In this document: one piece after another, positions 33,159 to 35,451 of the stretch
Position numbering within the stretch: position 1 is the first letter of the stretch
Layout of the letters: each line of letters opens with the position of its first letter
Virus record (IMG/VR): IMGVR_UViG_3300035006_000009
Location: 1-35,451 of that record
DNA from: a virus
Taxonomy: Duplodnaviria > Caudoviricetes
Direction: 5' to 3' (one strand)
Length of the DNA: 35,451 bases
Notes under the pieces: generated by a model
The model's database searches: none
Seen by the model: the letters and a program-made list of their open reading frames with translations, nothing else
Told to the model about the DNA's origin: nothing
Made by a program: the position numbers and the translations under genes

Positions 33159-34112
33159 ATGCCCCGTGCCATCGGCGCGAATTGCCGCCTGCTTATGCTG
33201 CCCGAGACCGTCTACGGCACCGCCCCCGGTAGCAACTGGCGGCGCATGCCGTTCCTCTCCTGCGATCTCGGCGCTGAACAGCCTCTGCTCGATGCCGACG
33301 TCATCGGCGTGGGGAGCAACCGCGACCCCGCTGCGCCCTTCCTCGACACAGTGACCGTCGCCGGCCAGGCGGTGGTGCCGGTGGACCTGATCAACATCGG
33401 GCATTGGCTGCGTCTGTTGCTCGGCGCGCCCACCACGACCGGCACGACCAACTTCATCCACACCTTCGCCTCGGGTGCGGCCGCGCTGCCGAGCAACGCG
33501 ATGGAGATCGGCTATCCAGACGTACCGAGCTTCGACGTTTGCACGGGCGTGCGCGCCGATACGCTGGAGATGGATTTCACGCCGACCGGGGCCGCGACGG
33601 CCACCTTCGGGCTGCTGGGCCAGGGCTCGGTACGCACCGGTGCCACGTCAGGCGGCACGCCAACCAGCGCCGCCTACACCGCCTTCAACAAGGCTCAGGG
33701 GTCCATCACCCGCAGCGGTTCGGCGCTGGCCCAGGTCACCGGCGCGCGGCTCACCTACGCCAACGGGATGGAGGCGGTGCGCACCATCCGCGCCGATCGC
33801 CGAGTCGAGGGCGTGGATCCCGGCATCGCGCGCTGCACCGGGCAGATCACCGTGCGATTCGAGAACACCACCCTGCTGGCGCAGGCGCAGGCCAGCACCT
33901 CAGCGGAATTCGCACTCGCCTTCACCATCGATGCGAACCGCAGCCTGACCATCACGCTGCACGAGGTCTATCTGGCGCTGGCCAAGACCCCGATCGAAGG
34001 CCCGGCCGGGGTGGAGGCCAGCTTTGATTTCAGGGCCGCGTTCAACGCGACGGCGACCCGGATGATGACGGCGGTGCTGCGGAACCAGCAGGCCGGGACG
34101 GAGTACGCCTGA
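33159..34112 (+). CDS. Tail tube protein
   Basis: ETVYGTAP, LGAEQPLL, RDP, GQITVRF, PIEGPAGV; AGGAG ribosome site. Confidence 0.88.
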   Translation: MPRAIGANCRLLMLPETVYGTAPGSNWRRMPFLSCDLGAEQPLLDADVIGVGSNRDPAAPFLDTVTVAGQAVVPVDLINIGHWLRLLLGAPTTTGTTNFIHTFASGAAALPSNAMEIGYPDVPSFDVCTGVRADTLEMDFTPTGAATATFGLLGQGSVRTGATSGGTPTSAAYTAFNKAQGSITRSGSALAQVTGARLTYANGMEAVRTIRADRRVEGVDPGIARCTGQITVRFENTTLLAQAQASTSAEFALAFTIDANRSLTITLHEVYLALAKTPIEGPAGVEASFDFRAAFNATATRMMTAVLRNQQAGTEYA

Positions 34113-34115
34113 GCG

Positions 34116-34436
34116 CTACTGGTCCGTCAGGCTGGCCAGGATCGCCTCGAGGTGCCGCTTGCCATAGAGGATGCGCATGATGCGCGCTCGCGGCAGACCT
34201 TCAGCCTGATACACCACCAGGTAGTCAAAAACCGGGATCACCAGAAATCGGAACTGGTCGGGCGCCAGATCCGGGCGCCTGACACCGATGTCTGGAAACT
34301 CACCGATCCGCCGCGCAGCACGACGCACCGCCTCGCGCATATCCAACGCCGCCTGCGGATTGTTCTGCTGTATCCAAGACAGGGCGTCCCGCAGATCCTC
34401 GCGTGCCTCAGGTGTGAGGAAGGCCGGCTGGCTCAG
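34116..34436 (-). CDS. parE: ParE/RelE-family toxin (inferred CTG start)
   Basis: Frame extended upstream gives LTPEAREDLRDALSWIQQNNPQAA...FPDIG.RRPDL...YLVVY...IMRILYGKR. Confidence 0.85.
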   Translation of the reverse strand: MSQPAFLTPEAREDLRDALSWIQQNNPQAALDMREAVRRAARRIGEFPDIGVRRPDLAPDQFRFLVIPVFDYLVVYQAEGLPRARIMRILYGKRHLEAILASLTDQ

Positions 34437-34711
34437 CCTGCGTTGCGGCGGGCCGCCTCCTGGCCGGAGACGCGGGCGCGCAGTTCCGCATCCACTTCGG
34501 CAATCACGTCATCGACCTCGTAGCAGCCCTTCTCGTCCGCCTCGCGGCTGACGCGCTCCAGCATCCGCGTGAAGGCATCGCGCTTGGATTCCTGGTCCTG
34601 CAGCAGGCGGAGCGCCGCGCGCATCACCTCACTCACATTGCCGTAGCGGCCTTTGGCCACGCAGGTCTCGGCGAAGCCCTCGAGCTCCGGCGTCAGGCTC
34701 ACATTGGGCAT
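34433..34711 (-). CDS. parD: ParD-family RHH antitoxin
   Basis: MPNVSLTPELE...GRYGNVSEVMRAALRLL; GAGGAGG ribosome site. Confidence 0.92.
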   Translation of the reverse strand: MPNVSLTPELEGFAETCVAKGRYGNVSEVMRAALRLLQDQESKRDAFTRMLERVSREADEKGCYEVDDVIAEVDAELRARVSGQEAARRNAG

Positions 34712-34729
34712 CGCGGCCTCCTCTCCATC

Positions 34730-34754
34730 GGTCATGTCAGACTTTGACATGACC
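34730..34754. promoter_or_regulatory. Palindromic operator upstream of parD
   Basis: GGTCATGTCA-gactt-TGACATGACC, perfect 10-bp arms. Confidence 0.75.
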
Positions 34755-34783
34755 CCACCCGATTTCAAGTCCGGAGACCCCCC

Positions 34784-35161
34784 ATGCTCACCCTCGACCT
34801 CCCGGTCGAGCCGTACTGGCTCGACATGCCGCGCGGCGTCCGCGTAGAGATCCGCCCCGTCACCACCGCCGTCATGGCCGCCGCCCAGGCCGGCTCCGCC
34901 CGCCGCCTCGGGGCGCTGCGGGCCGCGGAAGCCGACCTTGATCCCGACATGGCGCGTGGCCTGGCCTTCGCCTTCCTCGTCAAAGCGCTCGCCCGCCACG
35001 CCGTCACCGCCTGGGAGGGTGTCGGCGATGCTGCCGGCAAGCCGCTGCCGCTCTCGCCCGAGGCCGTCGAGCGGCTGATGGACATGGACGAAATGGCCGC
35101 CGCCTTCTGGGACCGCGCCACCGGCCCCGTCGCCGCCGTGGCCATGGAGGGAAACGGCTAA
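34784..35161 (+). CDS. Tail assembly chaperone (gpG-like)
   Basis: AVTAWEGVGD..GKPLP motif; ends in slippery G GGA AAC. Confidence 0.85.
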   Translation: MLTLDLPVEPYWLDMPRGVRVEIRPVTTAVMAAAQAGSARRLGALRAAEADLDPDMARGLAFAFLVKALARHAVTAWEGVGDAAGKPLPLSPEAVERLMDMDEMAAAFWDRATGPVAAVAMEGNG

Positions 35162-35451
35162 GGGCCCGGGCCGAATGGCACTTCGGCCAGGGACCTGACT
35201 ACTGCCGCGGCTGCGCGGCGCTCGATCGCGACTGCGGCCTCGCCTGCCCCTACACTGCCCACGCGCCCGCCTGCGTGGAGGGCGCCGCCTGCTGGGCCGC
35301 CGGCACCGCCTGCGCCACGGCGACCATGGCCGGCCTCGACCTCGACATGCCGGCCGCGCTCGCCACCGCCCGGGAGATGGGCGCCACCGGCTGGGCCGCG
35401 GCAGAACTGCTGCTCGCCATGCGCATGGGCCTCGCCGCCGGCAGCGCCGCC
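35149..35451 (+). CDS. gpT-like -1 frameshift extension of the tail chaperone (partial)
   Basis: G GGA AAC at 35149-35155; -1 frame is open to the window end (RLRARAEWHFGQGPDYCRGC...). Confidence 0.8.

Larger units (their letters stand above)
1..35451. mobile_element. Temperate siphovirus-type prophage (lambda-like head/packaging module, serine integrase); runs off the right edge, att site not identified
   Basis: Continuous integrase, regulation, replication, terminase, portal, capsid and tail gene order with many ATGA/GTGA overlaps. Confidence 0.96.

Noticed and set aside
1-35451. tRNA, rRNA, reverse transcriptase/DGR or att core repeat
   Set aside because: None recognised by eye; attL probably lies just outside position 1 and cannot be confirmed here.

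Overview
The whole window is the left and central part of a high-GC temperate siphovirus-type prophage. The host is probably an alphaproteobacterium (inferred from gene families, two GTTC-N7-GTTC boxes and GC content). Order: (1) leftward integration/regulation operon: ImmA/IrrE-like protease, XRE regulator, two unknowns, DUF2924-like protein, large serine recombinase, small accessory ORF; (2) rightward early/replication operon: sigma-70-like factor, PD-(D/E)XK nuclease, AAA ATPase, SSB-like protein, Cas4-like exonuclease, SF2 helicase, primase-polymerase, candidate origin; (3) antisense GNAT/DUF1778 toxin-antitoxin pair; (4) lambda-like cos candidate, two ParB-methyltransferases, TerS, gpA-type TerL, gpW, portal, an antisense moron, protease-capsid fusion, capsid cement; (5) an IS110-family element whose upstream non-coding end folds into a three-domain bridge-RNA-like structure, with loops matching both the element ends and the insertion site; (6) lysin-like, head-tail and tail genes, an antisense ParDE pair, and a tail chaperone with a -1 frameshift site. 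Most notable: a bridge RNA whose guides can be read by eye, an IS insertion that keeps both flanking genes intact, and an early gene made of two tandem copies of the phage's own TerS DNA-binding domain. All family assignments are by motif recognition; no database search was run.
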